64,000 nucleotides of DNA, taken from positions 33,604,001-33,668,000 of the forward strand of contig CM059447.1 in NCBI GenBank assembly GCA_030390025.1, given 5' to 3'. The stretch comes from Squalus acanthias (Eukaryota). Below, piece after piece: positions 51,440-63,651 of the stretch. Positions within the stretch are counted from its first letter, which is position 1. Each line of letters begins with the position of its first letter. Under the pieces are notes generated by a model. The model searched no databases. It had not been told where the DNA came from and saw only the letters and a list, made by a program, of their open reading frames with translations. Position numbers and translations under genes: made by a program.

Positions 51440-51668
51440 GGCCAGGCCAGCCCAATTTTCGGATACTCTTGTGAAGGTGCTTATTGAACAAGTCAAGGCC
51501 CAGGAAGGAGGTTTTGTTTCCCTCAGATGGAAGACGGGCACCATGCCAAAAAAATCAGCATGTATGGAGGGAGGTAGCTCATTTGGTCAGTGCCAGCAGC
51601 ATCATTCCCAAGACATTGCCGCAGTGCTGTAAAAAATTTTATTGACCTTACCAGGACTGCCAAAATAA
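51440..51668 (+). pseudogene. Old Harbinger Myb/SANT exon-1 relic
   Basis: RPAQFSDTLVKVLIEQV..RKEVLFPSDGRR...VWREVAHLVSASSIIPKTLPQCCKKF.DLTRTAK, preceded by CTTAAAGGGGA as in the other Myb promoters. Confidence 0.7.
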
Positions 51669-51914
51669 GACTCTGTGCACATCTCTTTGAATACAACTCT
51701 GCAACACCACACTTTCCCCAGCACTACTAATCCTTACCTCCCTTGGTGCACAAGCAGCTCCTTTGAATCACAATGGGACACTTCACTACACCCACTTCTG
51801 CTTTTACCCTCACACACTCAACACCTGCTACAGCCCTCAAAACTGACACAACCAACATGCTTCCTTGACTTTGTTTGGACTTGGATTAATTCTCACATTT
51901 CAATGAAATTCTTT

Positions 51915-52090
51915 GGGGGAAAAATTCGTGTGGTTTGCGCCACACGTTAGCGCCACAAGATGGCGCTAAAATGCGGTTGACCGCTGTAATGACAGCTGAT
52001 GCCGGTTCCAGTACCGCACGCCATATCGGTATTGCTGGTAGCGCTGCCGGTAAACTCGATCGCCAGCGACCTCGCCATCATTGTGCAATG
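51915..52090. mobile_element. Harbinger-type left-end fragment
   Basis: GGGGGAAAAATT start and TTAGCGCC..GGCGCTAA palindrome, as in 33437-34126. Confidence 0.5.
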
Positions 52091-52162
52091 AGAAAGGGTT
52101 AATTCATAACTTTGTAGTAAAGGGGCCCTTAGGGAAGAGTGACCATAATATTATAGAATATT

Positions 52163-52905
52163 GGGCCGAAAATTGATCCCAGGACGCGAGAGTACGCACT
52201 GCGTACTCTCGCGTATTCCCACTCCAATTGCCGGTTTTCTGCATGCCCTGCGCATGCGCTGAAAACCGGCAATTGCTCTTCTGAAAAGGGGGCGGGGCCT
52301 GGGTGCATCGCGTGCGGCTACAGGCTGCGCGCACGCTGTGCACTTCATGCTTTGGACGCGCAGGTAAGTAGGGAAGATTTTGGAAATGTAAAAAGGAGGA
52401 GTAAGACCCGCTTTTAAGAAGGTAAGTAGTGAATTAAGTATTTTTTTGAATTTTTTTTTACAGGTATATCTTTTTGAGAGACTTTAAAGACAGGTAAGTT
52501 TATTTTTATAACTTTTTAAAAGATTTTAAATTTTTTCAAAAATTTAATTTTTTATTTAAAATGGTTAATTTAATTAACTATACTTATTTTATTAATGTGA
52601 TGGGTTTTTTTTTAAATTTAATTGAGGTTTAGCTGTTATTTTGGGGGGGTGTAAGATTCATAGATTTCACAGCCATGCTGTGAGACTTATGAATGGAAGA
52701 TGGTGTGCTGCCATTGGCTCTAACTGAGTCACGTGATCCCACAGCTCGCACGAATTCACTACGCCGCTGGGATACGCAAGCCCAGCACAGCTGATGTCTG
52801 GAACATCAAGTTCGTGCGAGCTGGATCTGAAAAAGCATAAGCGAGGTGAGACATCGCGGGGAAGGCTTACCCCCGCGGGAACAGAGCGAGATCAATTTCT
52901 GGGCC
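52163..52905. mobile_element. MITE family X copy B with ATT TSD
   Basis: GGGCCGAAAATTGAT / ATCAATTTCTGGGCC, with ATT at 52160-52162 and 52906-52908; colinear with 39556-40319. Confidence 0.85.
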
Positions 52906-52908
52906 ATT

Positions 52909-55128
52909 ATATTTAGTTTGAAAGTGATTTAGTTAAATCCGAAACTAGGGTCTTAAATCTAAACAAAGCAAACTACATAGGTATGAGGGGCGAGTTGGCT
53001 AAGGTAGATTGGGAAACTACTTTAAAAGGTATAACAGTAGACAAGCAATGGCTAGCATTTAAAGAATTAATACATAATTTACAACAAATATGCATTCCTT
53101 TAAGGTACAAAGACCCCACAGGAATAGTGGTCCAGCCATGGCTAACAAGAGAAGTTAAAGATAGTATTAGATCAAAGGAAGAGGCTTATAATGATGCCAA
53201 AAAGAGCAGTAAGCCTGAGGATTTTAGAATTCAGCAAAGGAGGACCAAGAAATTGATAAAGAAAGGGAAAATAGAATATGAGAGTAAACTAGTGAGAGAC
53301 ATAAAAAACAGACTGTAAAAGCTTCTATAGGTATGTAAAAAGGAAAAGATTAGCGAAGGTAAATGTGGGTCCCTTCCAATCTGAGACAGGAGAAATTATA
53401 ATGGGGAATAAGGAAATGGCAGAGAAATTAAATAAATACTTTGTTCTGTCTTCACGGAAAAAGATGCAAAACACCTCCCGGAAATAGGGGAGAACCAAGG
53501 GTCCAGCGAGAATGAGGAACTGAAAGAAGTTAGTATTAGCAAAAAAGTAGTACTGGAGAAATTAATGGGACTGAAAGCCGATGAATCCCCTGGACCTGAT
53601 GGCCTACATCCTAGGGTTTTGAAAGAGGTGGCTATGGAGATAGTGGATGCATTAGTTGTCATCTTCCAAAATTCCATTGATTCTAGAACGGATCCCGTGG
53701 ATTGGAAGGTAGCAAATGTAACCCCACTATTTAAGAAAGGAGGGAGAGAGAAAACGGGGAACTACAGACCAATTAGCCTGACATCAGTGGTAGGGAAAAT
53801 AATAGAATCTATTGTTAAGGACGTGGTAACAGGGCACTTAGAAAATAATAATAGGATTGAGCAGAGTCAACACAGATTTATGAAAGGGAAATCGTGTTTG
53901 ATAAATCTGTTAGAGTTTTTTGAGGTTGTAACTAGCAGAATAGATAAGGGGGAACCACTGGATGTGGTGTATTTGGATTTTCAGAAGGCATTCGATAAGA
54001 TGCCACACGAGGTTATTAATCGAAATTAGAGCTCATGGGATTGAGGATTGGTTAACGGACAGAAAACAGAGAGTAGGAATAAATGGGTCATTTTCGGGTT
54101 GGCAGTCTAACTAGTGGGGACTGCAAGGATCAGTGCTTGGGTCTCAGCTATTCACAATCTATATCAATGATTTGGATGAGGGGACCAAATGTAATATATC
54201 CAAGTTTGCTGATGATACAAAGCTAGGTGGGAATGTAAGTTGTGAGGAGGATGCAAAGAGGCTTCAAGGGGATATAGACAGGCTAAGTAAGTGGGTAAGA
54301 ACACGGCAAATGGAATATAATGTGGAGAAATATGAAGTTATCCACTTTGGTAGGATAAATAGAAAAGCAGAGTATTTTTTAAATGGTGAGAGATTGGGAA
54401 ATGTTGGTGTTCAGAGGGACCTGGGTGTCCTTGTACATGAATCACTGAAAGTTAACATGCAGGTACAGCAAGCAATTAGAAAGCAAATGGTATGTTGGCC
54501 TTTATAACAAGAGGATTTGAGTATAAGAGTAAAGACGTCTTACTGCAATTATATAGGGCCCTGCTGAGACCACACCTGGAGTATTGTGTACAGTTTTGGT
54601 CTGCTTACCTAAGGAAGAATATACTTGCCATAGAGGGAGTGCAACGAAGGTTCACCAGACTGATTCATGGGATGGGGGGATTGTCCTATGAGGAGAGATT
54701 GAGTAGACTAGGCCTATATTGTCTGGAGTTTAGAAGAATGAGAGGTGATCTCATTGAAACATACAAAATTCTTACAGGGCTTGACAGGGTAGATGCAGGG
54801 AGGATGTTTTCCCCTGGCTGGGGAGTCTAGAACCAGGGGTCATAGTCTCAGAATAAGGGGTCGGCTATTTAGGACTAAGATGAGGAGAAACTTCTTCACT
54901 CAGAGGGTGGTGAATCTTTGGAATTCTCTACCCCAGAGGGCTGTGGAAGCTCAGTCGTTGAGTATATTCAAGACAGAGATTGATAGATTTTTGGATATTA
55001 AGGGAATCAAGGGATATGGTGATAGTGCAAGAAAGTGGAGTTGAGGTAGAAGATCAGCCATGATCTTATTGAATGGCTGAGCAGGCTCGAGGGGCCGAAT
55101 GGTTTACTCTTGCTCATATTTCTTATGT
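52909..55128 (+). mobile_element. CR1 LINE, 5'-truncated ~2.2 kb, frameshifted ORF2 with reverse transcriptase
   Basis: SPGPDGLHPRVLKE, WKVANVTPLFKKG, NYRPISLTS, YLDFQKAFD, QGSVLG, SKFADDTKL, RDLGV, HLEYCVQFW and LWNSLP, with a TTCTTATG tail. Confidence 0.97.
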
Positions 55129-55129
55129 T

Positions 55130-56518
55130 ATCATGGAGATCGTGACATCAGGGAGATCGTGACATCAGTGAGTGTGCAATGCTCACTGGACGTCCGATCT
55201 CCCAACTTCATTATAGCCACTTACCTTAACAGCAGCACAGAACAACGACAGGGAGAGCTGGTGTCTACCAGCAGGAAGCAGGCTGCAGCAGCGATATTTA
55301 AAGGTACCATCCCCAATCAGCTCCACCTAACATGGTTCTGCAGTTTCAGTTCCTGTTTGCTACGTCCTGCAACTGAAACAGCTTTCTTTAGTTCGTTCAA
55401 GTTTTTTTGGTGATGGAGTGTTGATTCAAGTGCAGAAGTCACTCATTATTTGTTAAAGGCTTCTGCTCACAACACTTCCTCACAGTCATGGGGGCTGCAG
55501 GTTTGCGTGATTACCTCAGGAGGATGACGAGGCTGAGGAGGAGGACAAGGCAGATGAGGAGGAAGAGGAGGAGGAGAAGGAGGATGAGGCAGAGGAGGAT
55601 GACGAGGAGGAGCAGGAGGGAAGGCGGAGGCAGCAAGACAATCTGCCTTCTGGACGGGCTGTCCGTGACCGGCTCATCAGACTCGCATGAATGAAACCCC
55701 AGATCCCCGTAGCTCACCACATCCCCATCGTACAATCCCTGTCTCATGCCATATCACAGCATCCTCCTGGGCACAAAGGTGAAATGAAAGAGACCATGAA
55801 ATATTCCAAACACACTAAATAAATGTATCTGTAAACATATCACACATCATATGAATTCTAATAACTAATGACCCTTGTGCCTGCCATAGTTGAATAGCTG
55901 TCATTCTGTGCAAGGTGTGAGATGTGGGTGTTAGTGTTGCTCAGTAGAGATTGTTGGTGGGTGAGTGCTGGGGGTGTGGTGCATTGAGCTGTGTGTGAAG
56001 CTTGTGGTACAGATGGTGGTATGTAGAATTTGTTGAAGCCTTCACTCACCCTGACCACCTGTGTGAGCTCGTTAAACTTCCTCCTGCACTGTGTGTGGGT
56101 CCGGGGGACCACAGTGCTGCCCGTGACATGGTGTGCCACCTCCCTCCACATAGTCTGGCAGACTTGTGGCGAGGGTCTCCTGCCAGTTGGCGGGTGCAGG
56201 ACCGCCCGCCTTCTCTCCACCGCTAAAACCAATGCCTCCAAAGCTTTCTCGGAAAACCTCCGGGCTCTCTCCCTGGGCCGGCGATCTGCCATCAGGATTT
56301 GTAAATAAGTGCTCCTTCTCTGAGCCTTCTTTAACTATCCAATGCACAGAAGCATACTGTGAGGGTGGAATGGGTCTGGGGCAGTAGTGTGAAACAGATG
56401 ATAGTGAATCGGCTGCCCATTTTGCACTTTGCCCTATTTTCTGTTCCGTTGACTTCAATGGGCTGCGAGTTGCTATCGCCCATTTGACACTACCGCTCAA
56501 ACCCAAATTCCCCACCCC
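55130..56518. mobile_element. Harbinger copy 5, double internal deletion
   Basis: The transposase ATG (55488) is fused to the acidic tail (to about 55694), followed by the intergenic segment, Myb intron 1 and exon 1, and the end CAAATTCCCCACCCC. Confidence 0.82.
56050..56292 (-). CDS. Intact Myb/SANT-like DNA-binding exon 1 of Harbinger copy 5 (81 codons; downstream exons deleted)
   Basis: MADRRPRERARRFSEKALEALVLAVERRRAVLHP...MWREVA...RTHTQCRRKFNELTQVVR|GTGAGT, with no stops. The unspliced ORF runs to 55858 (144 aa). Expression is unknown. Confidence 0.55.
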
Positions 56519-59199
56519 ATGAGTCCATAAAATTACGTGCTGATCATGCCATCAATGTCGATATGCACCGATGGATTAAGCACAAAATTAATCACTGGAG
56601 GAAACCACATCCAAAGTCTATATCATAACGTTAGAAAATGTAAACTGTAGTAAACCAACATCAGCAGTGCAGTTGTCAGAGAGGAGGAGTACGGGCAGCT
56701 ATCTGTTTACAATACACTTGTTTCACCATCTATCCCAGACAGTGGGGATGCATTGATTTTTGACAGCTGTTGGAAGTTGTAACTTTGAGCTGTCTCAACC
56801 TTTCTTCCCCCGTGGACACATTCCACAGCACAAAAGTGTCTCAAAATCCGGCCAGAGCTCCAGCTTAATGTCTTAATTGTCTCCTAAGTGTATATTTTTT
56901 TTAGACTATGTATACAATTTTGATATTATTCATGAATGTTGTGAATTTCTGGTGACTTGCTGGTATTCAGATCTGCCTCACATCACTGTGATGTCAGTGA
57001 GTGCACATAACAAGGCTTTTTTGATGTGAACTAATGTGGTGACCAATAACTCACCAGGCTTAAGTGAGCAGCTAAAATGTGAATATTACTAATATTTGAT
57101 TATGAATCAGAGCGGAAGTACCAGCCAACTGGAATATGGTATTGGGTGTAACAAGTATACATCAGAAGTTATACAAGCATTCATCCCATAGCATATTTGA
57201 GGTAGATTTCAACGCCAGCTCCACTGATTAAAAATGGCGTCTAGGGCTATTGTTCCACCTGCCCCTGTACTGATCCCGCCAATCAAAGATACACATGAAT
57301 CGTGTATGACTGCGGCCTCAAACATGATTTCTAATTTGGTAATGGTTCTGAAAGCAGAACTGCTTGAGAAAATAAATGTGTGCCCATGTTCTGGCACATG
57401 TGAAACCTCACCATCCTTCTCATGCTCAATGTGACACTTATTGCAACAAGATGTATTTCTCTTTCTTATTTGTAATGTATTTTATTCTCCTCCAATTTTC
57501 TTTCTGAGCTTCTCTTCCCCCAATCCATACGCCCAAGCGGATGGGCTGGATACCTGCTCCCAGGGTTCCGCCAGTGTCATTCTATTGCTGCTAAGAGGGA
57601 TGTGCAAACAGCACTGGTGCCTGGTGCTCCGGCTTTCCTCTCGTCCTGTGGGGAAGCACCTCTGGCTTCCATTGACTCCCTTCCAATAATAGCATGTGTT
57701 GTAGCTGCAATGCACCCCCAAGAAGGATTTGCGTCAAACATGCAGTTTTTACAATGCTTTTCAGTACACATCCAATGTATGTATTGCTGTTCTTGTTAAA
57801 CTTTAAATGTAAATCAATAAAACATACAGCAGTGTGTTTAGCAGCCAAATTGCACACAGTTGCCCTCTGTGTCATGTTAAATGAGTTATTGCAACTTTTA
57901 GGATGTATAAAACTACAGCAAGTTAAAACTCCAGTCCGAAATGAAACCATTTGGAATTCCAAAAATCTTCCAGTTACATCAAAGAATTGTAGAAAATTAA
58001 CAATTTGTGACTGTGGATAATCCTGGCAGTGAAGGGGGGAAATGATCAGGGAAAGGCTTCCTTTTGGCATTAGTCACATACAACTCTTGATCGGTTGACC
58101 AAGGAGTGCTACTGCTGGTACCTACAATGTTTGCAGCCCATCCTGACAAAGAAAGAAGGCATGATTGGGCAGAGATGGTTCAAAATAGGGAGTAAATTAG
58201 AAAACAAGCATTGTGGAAAAGGAATGCAAGTTACAGTGCGACTGAAACCTCATTAATTTCACTGATTTCTTGCGAATTGAATAAGATATTCAAGCAAGCA
58301 CTTAGCAAAAGCTCAGAAGTTACAGAATGAGTTAGACAAAATGGGGTAGAGTTGCTGCTTTGGACGCAATCGGTGATCCGGGTGCAACTTGCGCTCAAAA
58401 TTGCGCTCGTTTTCTGTATTTATTTTTTTGCTTAAGTTTCCACTCAAATTCATTTGCATATCGCCAAATGTAAAATCTTCCATGAACCAGCACAATCAGA
58501 CAGCATTTTAGGACGTCATTTTTTGGGGGAAAAAGTTGCATTAAATAATATTCCTTGATGTATTTTAGAGTGGTAACCTGGTGCAGTTTTAATAATACAG
58601 CTGAAAATGGGTTTAATCACAAAAATAAGCATTTTTAATCAGTGTCTTGTCCACCACCTCTGAGTATGCCTACTTTAAATAACTGAAAATGACTTAAAAA
58701 ACTATACAAAACCATTTACTCATTTCATTGGTGTACAGTAGTCAATTTCTTAGTAAATTAAATATTTTTTAATACTTAAAAGCTTTTAAAAGGTGCCTAT
58801 TAGTGTCCTTGCATCTAAAAAAAAAGAAGCTTAATTTTAAGAACTTCCTCGAAGGGCCACAAACGGACGTAATTAGTGGAAACTCGCAAAGGTAATTAAT
58901 TTAATCTGGGGGCAGAGCCAGTTTTGTGGATGGGGCCGGCTTCTAGCGCGATGTTTTTTCAACCAGCACAGAAGATTGCGGAAACTCGATTTGCGCTGGA
59001 CGTATTTTGCACTTGCAATTCCTCGATTTTTTTTTTTTTTGCACTGGTTTGGCTGAATTTTGGGCAAATTGGGAAACTCTACCCCTCTATGTATGTGGGC
59101 AATGACAATGACAAAGTTAATTTAAAGCAGGCAAGTGCAAAGGAAGGCAAAATGGGCAACACACTTACTCCACGAATGGTGTTCAAATAGCTAAGGAAG

Positions 59200-59800
59200 A
59201 AATTGAAAAAGACCTAGACGTCTTCGTAGACTTATTGATCCAACATGTCCAACCAATGAAAGCAGCAATCAACAAAACCTATCGAATGTTGCCCTACATG
59301 GCCAAAAGAGTAGAATAAAAGTCAGAGGAAGTTGTAGTCAAACTGTACAGTGCTTTAGTGAGATGGCACTTTAAAAACTGTGTCCAGTTCTGATCTTTGA
59401 GAAACAAAGGAGACATTCAGGTGCTGGGAGCAGTGCAGAGAAGATCTCTAGTGTCAAGTGTCTGAGTAATGAGGAAAGACTGGAAAGACTTAGGCTTTTC
59501 AGCCTTGAAAGAAGATGTCTGAGAAGTGATCTTAAAGAGGTGTATAAAATAGTCAAGGGAGTGGAAAAGGTAAACTGGAACATGACTTTAAATTCAATTG
59601 CAGGAGTAGTAGAAGGGAAATTTCGGAATGATACCAGGAAGTTAGTTCTTCACACATCAACACATGGAATGGTCTTCCAGATAGAGTAGTGGAAGCAAAA
59701 ACCCTGGAATCATTTAAGAAACAATTAGATGCAGCAATGAGGGGACTTTAGGATCATTCTAAATGAATGAATTAAGATTTGCTTCCTCATCAGAGATTAT
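59200..59800 (+). mobile_element. Old degenerate CR1 3' fragment
   Basis: EKDLDV, KLYSALVR, EERLERLRLFSLERRCLRSDLKEVYKI and WNGLP. Confidence 0.75.
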
Positions 59801-60529
59801 CCTGTGTTCGGGTGACTCTCAAAGATTTTTCCTTTTAGATAGATACTAGATAATTGTACTGTTTCCAGTACATTGTAAAGTTATGCTAACCTGTGTTTAT
59901 CCACTGGATTTGGAATTTTCTCTGAGTAATCTTTCAGATGTTTTACATGGCTGGGCCCTAATCTACATTACCTCCTGGTGGAATGTCTGGAAGCAGCTGA
60001 CACCTGTCAAATGGATATCAGAAGCTGGGTCCCAGGCTGGGAGCCACTTGAAAATCTAAAATGTAACTGAGCAAATGGAGTAAATTATCTTTTATCAAAG
60101 GAGGGGGGTTGGGAAGATAGTTAGCTAAAGGTGTAAGAGGCTGTTCTATCTTATCAACTGTCAGACAGAAAGGCAATTAGCTACTGGGTTGAAAAATAGC
60201 CTAAAGCCTTATTTACCCTAAAGTTGTAAACATGTGTGGTCATTTACTTAAATGTGAATTTTAACTGTTCGACTGCCAACAGATTTAGGAAAATGCCCAT
60301 CTTCCTGAGTTGAGCGGTTTTGTAAGTCTTCGATTCACATGGAGATGCTGAAAATAACACTAATAATGTAGTCATTGTGACATTCCTAGTGTTTGAGTAG
60401 TTTTATTAATGGGATAGTAACCTTAAACTACTTTTAAAAAAAATGAAAATACAATTTCACAAAATCAATGCATCACTTTACCTGTTGTTTCTTTCTTCAT
60501 TTCTATTCTGTCTGTTTCTTCTATTTTTG

Positions 60530-60700
60530 GCATATGGGCAATACTGTCAAGGCCTCATTTATTACCCTACTTGCCCTGAGACTGTATTGTTAGAACTTCT
60601 CCTTGAACTGCTGCAGTCCTTGTGATGATAGTGCTTCCACAATGGTGTTAGGGAAGGAATTCTAGGATATTGACCCACCGATGGTGAAGGAGTAATGGTG
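60530..60700 (-). mobile_element. Degenerate LINE/SINE 3' tail (family of the 32411 tail)
   Basis: CATTTATTACCCTACTTGCCCTGAG...CTCCTTGAACTGCTGCAGTCC is the reverse of the tail at 32680-32740. Confidence 0.55.
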
Positions 60701-60970
60701 CAATCATTTCAGGTAAACACTTCTTGCATCTTGGAGTTCACTATTGTCACTTGGTAATATAAATTGGAAATCCTTTTTTTCCAAATCATCTAAAACATTG
60801 GCCTGGAAATTATGCTGATGGGATAGTAACATATCAATGGTTCATCTGAAATTCCTTTATCGGCTATTTTAACAGAAGCTTTAATTTGTTTATAATAAAT
60901 GGTTTAACGCCTCCAGTAAAACTGCAAACAAAAGCATTTGGGGCCAGTATGCTATACACTATTATTCCCT

Positions 60971-61008
60971 AGTGTAATTTCAGTGCCCGAGTGTAATTTC
61001 AGTGCCTA
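60971..61008 (+). repeat. 19-bp tandem duplication
   Basis: AGTGTAATTTCAGTGCCCG AGTGTAATTTCAGTGCCTA. Confidence 0.85.
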
Positions 61009-63651
61009 GTTAGTTTGATTGTGTCTCTTGCAAGTCCAGCCAACAGCTACCAACTCTTACATGGCTCCATTTTTACTCCTCCTTCATCTCTTGCTGTTTC
61101 TGGTCTCATTGTCTCCTGTGATCTCAAAAGGAACGTCCACAACTCATCCATTTCTGAAACTGCCTCAAAGAAACTCAGTTTCAAATTTTGTGCAACTGCG
61201 AGCTCTCGAGAAGGCCCAAAACTCTCAAAACTGAAATATTGCTCCCAAATCTGTCACACACACAGGATAGAAGACACAGATTATCATCTGACCAACGTTC
61301 CTTCTCTCACCACCAGATAATACTTCTCTCATAGTGTTTTCCAGCTTTAAAATGCCCATCCATTCAATGAATGAATAAGTGCTAGAATTGATAATGGCCC
61401 AGAATTTGCTGTAACGGCATTATTGACGATGATCGCCATAAGTACGACTGTTGTTCACCCCGATCCTCCAGCGCCAATCCAAAGCCAACATTTTGTGAGG
61501 AACTCATTATCATATACCACAGCGTTAATAGTAAGGATCCAAGGAGCTCTGAAGCGGTGCTACCATTAAATGGGGATCCTATTGCTGTTTATAAAATGGA
61601 GGAACCAGTAGACGTTTGAAATTACCATATATCAGACTGCCTTGTATATTGGATTAAACAGAACATTTGGCATACTACTGTTTTTCTTTGGCTCTCAAGC
61701 ATAGTGTTATATTGAGGGAGAAGGGGACAGTAATCTCCTGTTCATTCAAAAAATTATATTTAATTATTTTACAAAGTCCAAGGGGAACGTTACCCTTGGG
61801 AAGTACTTTGCGAAGTACTTTTTAAAACAAAGTCTGAAAGGAAAAAACACTGACAGTATCTTTTCTGAGATAGTCTTTATTTTCCTAGTCAAGCAGCTGT
61901 CTCAAGTGGTCCCCTGATGGGACACCTAACTGCAAAACAGCCACTCTAGCAATGTGTCAGATAGGCCCAATTCCTTCTGGCTAACAATGAATAGAGCATA
62001 GATCAGAATTCTTCTTGCTTCTACATGTAAATCCAGACATCTAAATACAAGACAGAGGTTCAGTACCACATGGGACTAAACAATGGAAGGTGAATCAAAA
62101 CAGTGCTCTAGTGAAGTTACCTCACCTGGCGAGTCAAAAATCACCTTCCAAGTTATTTTTTTCTTTTTCCCCAAAGGATGAAGTATAATCTCTGGGACAC
62201 TCTTGTCTAACTTCTTGTAATCAAATTGACCGCTGCACTGGATGTCATCTGCCTACAGATGGTGCATGGTATGCAAAGACCCAAAGGGAGTGTTGCCTTC
62301 TTTAACAAAAAGAGAGATGGAAATTAAAGGTTATGCTACCAGATTACAATAGCCAACACACTGTGAGCCCTGATCACAGCTTAAGCACACATGTACCTAT
62401 CTATAATTTTATATATATATATATATATCGAACTCACGCCCATCATATTTCAGATGGCATGCTCCAGATGTCACACTTTGTTGTAGATGCAAAGCAATCT
62501 TTTTTTTTAAGAAGAGAAGGAAAGCCAGCCTTAGACCTGCAGCCTGAAATCAACAAGCTGCTAAGAATTGCTCTCAGACCCCAGCAATTTGCAACAAACT
62601 ACAGTAAACCTGGATCTGCTTTTACCCAGTAGTCATTCCGCCTACCAGGAATTCAACAAAAAGAGTAAAGCACAACAAACTTACTATTTTCTTTCAGCCT
62701 ATTCTACCAAAAACCTCGTCGTTGGTAAACATCTGAAATTCTGTTATTTATACTTTGTAAGTATTGTGTTGCAGGTGCCCCTGTTTTACAGTGACCATTT
62801 CAGATATTTCCAGGGTCCAGGATCATTCGGGTAATTTGCTAGGGATCTGCCCTTTAAATTATATTTTATCATTGAGATCGACAGTCAAGACTCAAGTTAG
62901 CTGCAAGATGCACTTTATTTCAAGCTATCGGTAGAGTTAGCTTTCGCTGGAGTGTCAGTTTTCTCTGGAGACCTTGTGTACTCGTGAACGATCGTGTGCT
63001 TAAATCCAGAAGGGAACGCATGCCAAAACTCAATAACATGTTGCAGTTGCTTTGATGTACTGTCTCATTCTTCTTCTGATTCTTGGTTATTTTGGTAACT
63101 TTAATTAGAATGATAAAGGTTATAACAGTAACAAGGAGAGCTTGTAAAAACTAATTTTCATGGAATCTAAACAAGATTTTATTAGAATTGTGCAGTATGT
63201 TTATAAAATCTAGTCTGTAGATTTCAATTTTTGATAAGTTTATAGTACACCTAGAAAAGGAAAACGGGACATTGTCTGTAGAATGTGCTGACTTGCTTTT
63301 TAGTCTGTGTCTTATACATAAGTGAGCTGCACTAGTTTACATTAAAATGGATTAATTTATTTTTTCAGTTTTACTCACCCTGCCATGCGATATGTCATTA
63401 GTTTTTGAAGTGCAAAGCTAAAACTTCAGCATAAAAGCGAATACACGGATTAAGCATTGTGGCCCATAACGCAAACACTGTCAGCTCTTTGGGCATCGGA
63501 ATATTATTGCAGTCAATAAAATATCTTTATAAGGCTTGTCCTGTCAGGACAATCTATCCTGGGCTTTTGATATCTGCATCAAATCAAGAGATACTGGCGG
63601 GCGTCATTCAACACTTGTGATACCTGCAGATAATGCATGAAAAAATGACAT

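Noticed and set aside
55488-55694. Arg-rich protamine-like ORF (RRMTRLRRRTRQMRRKRRRR...)
   Set aside because: It is the shifted frame of the GAG/GAT acidic tail of the Harbinger transposase after an internal deletion; the same tail appears at 47830-47890.
57209-57347. MAM-domain-like peptide (IMFEA...GTIALDAI) after an acceptor-like site on -
   Set aside because: It lacks the second Asp of IALDD, the frame stops shortly afterwards, and no other MAM exons were found. The same bases also read as YY1/CCAAT-like motifs, so a chance match is likely.
58342-59065. Possible further AT-rich MITE
   Set aside because: It has GC-rich arms and an AT-rich centre, but I could not pair convincing TIRs or a TSD.
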